Source of the DNA: Mobula hypostoma
Lineage: Eukaryota
Assembly (NCBI RefSeq): GCF_963921235.1
Contig: NC_086118.1
Location: 29,018,001-29,082,000, forward strand
Direction of reading: 5' to 3'
DNA length: 64,000 nucleotides
Shown here in pieces: positions 62,614 through 64,000 of this stretch. A program made the position numbers and the translations under genes. A model generated the notes under the pieces. The model ran no database searches, was not told the DNA's origin, and saw only the letters and a program-made list of their open reading frames with translations. How positions within the stretch are numbered: the first letter of the stretch is position 1; every line of letters starts with the position of its first letter.

Positions 62614-64000
62614 TAACCATATAACCATATAACAATGACAGCACGGAAACAGGCCGTCTCGGCCCTTCTAGTCCGTGCCGAGCTCTTACTCTCACCTAGT
62701 CACACCGACCTGCACTCAGCCCATAACCCTCCATTCCTTTCCTGTCCATATAGCTGTCCAATTTAACTTTAAACAACAACATCGAAACTACCTCAACCAC
62801 TTCTGCTGGGAGCTCATTCCACACAGCTACCACTCTCTGAGTAAAGAAGTTCCCCCTCATGTTACCCCTAAACTTTTGACTTTTAACTCTCAACTCATGT
62901 CCTCTTGTTTGAATCTCCCCTACTCTCAATGAAAAAAGCCTATCCATGTCAACTCTATCTATCCCTCTCATAATTTTAAATACCTCTATCAAGCCCCCCT
63001 CAACCTTCTACGTTCCAAAGAATAAAGACCCAACTTGTTCAACCTTTCTCTGTAACTTAGGTGATGAAACCCAGGTAACATTCTAGTAAATCTTCTCTGC
63101 ACTCTCTCTAATTTATTGACATCTTTCCTATAATTCAGTGACCAAAACTGTACACAATACTCCAAATTTGGCCTCACCAATGCCTTGTACAATTTCAACA
63201 TTACATCCCAACTCCTATACTCAATGATCTGATTTATAAAGGCCAGCATACCAAAAGCTTTCTTCACCACCCTATCCACATGAGATTCCACCTTCAGGGA
63301 ACTCTGCACCATTATTCCTAGATCCCTCTGTTCTACTGCAAACTTCAATGCCCTACCATTTACCGTGTATGTCCTATTTTGATTAGTCCTACCAAAATGT
63401 AACACCTCACATTTATCAGCGTGAAACTCCATCTGCCATCTTTCAGCTCATTCTCCTAACTGGCCTAAATCTCTCTGCAAGCTTTGAAAACCTACTTCAT
63501 TATCCGCAACTCCACCTATCTTAGTATCATCTGCATACTTACTCATCCAATTTACCACCCCATCATCCAGATCATTAATGTATATGACAAATAACATTGG
63601 ACCCAGTACAGATCCCTGAGGCACACCACTAGTCACCGGCCTCCAATCTGATAAACAGTTATCCACCACCACTCTCTGGCATCTCCCATCCAGCCACTGC
63701 TGAATCCATTTTACTACTTCAATATTAATACCTAATGATTGAACCTTCCTAACCAATCTTCCATGTGGGACCTTGTCAAAGGCCTTACTGAAGTCCATAT
63801 AGACAACATAACTGCTTTACCCTCGCCAACTTTCCTAGCAACCTCTTCAAAAAATTCAATAAGATTTGTCAAACATGACCTTCCACGTACAAATCCATGT
63901 TGACTGTTCCTAATCAGACCCTGTCTATCCAGATAATTATATATACCATCTCTAAGAATACTCTCCATCAATTTATCCACCACTGACGTCAAACTCACAG
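62614..64000 (-). mobile_element. CR1-like LINE, young, runs off the window end
   Basis: ORFs 63732-63998, 63448-63798, 62989-63432 and 62696-62992; (taaccata)n antisense tail; same subfamily as 10698-11940. Confidence 0.97.

Overview
Eukaryotic, AT-rich, repeat-dense non-coding DNA with no supportable intact host gene. The repeat set (CR1/HER1-like LINEs, Rex1/Babar LINEs, Penelope elements, V-SINE, Tc1 and hAT MITEs) looks like a cartilaginous fish, probably a ray; this is inference. Most ORFs in the track are transposon fragments or their antisense shadows. Two things stand out. (1) A minus-strand Gypsy LTR element at 7867-14555 has both LTRs, PBS, PPT and a TSD, and was later broken by four LINE insertions. 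Its RT/RNaseH/integrase core is replaced by an intronless fragment of the host splicing-factor gene RBM25 (8428-8859), i.e. LTR-mediated capture of a cellular mRNA. (2) A family of about 200-250 bp fold-back elements is built from Penelope termini. Four of five copies have 14-16 bp TSDs and minimal hammerhead-ribozyme motifs near the inversion centre, in some copies on both strands. A second, full-length but decayed Gypsy element lies at 50696-55292. Family names come from recognising protein and DNA motifs by eye; no searches were run, and the boundaries of old fragments are approximate.
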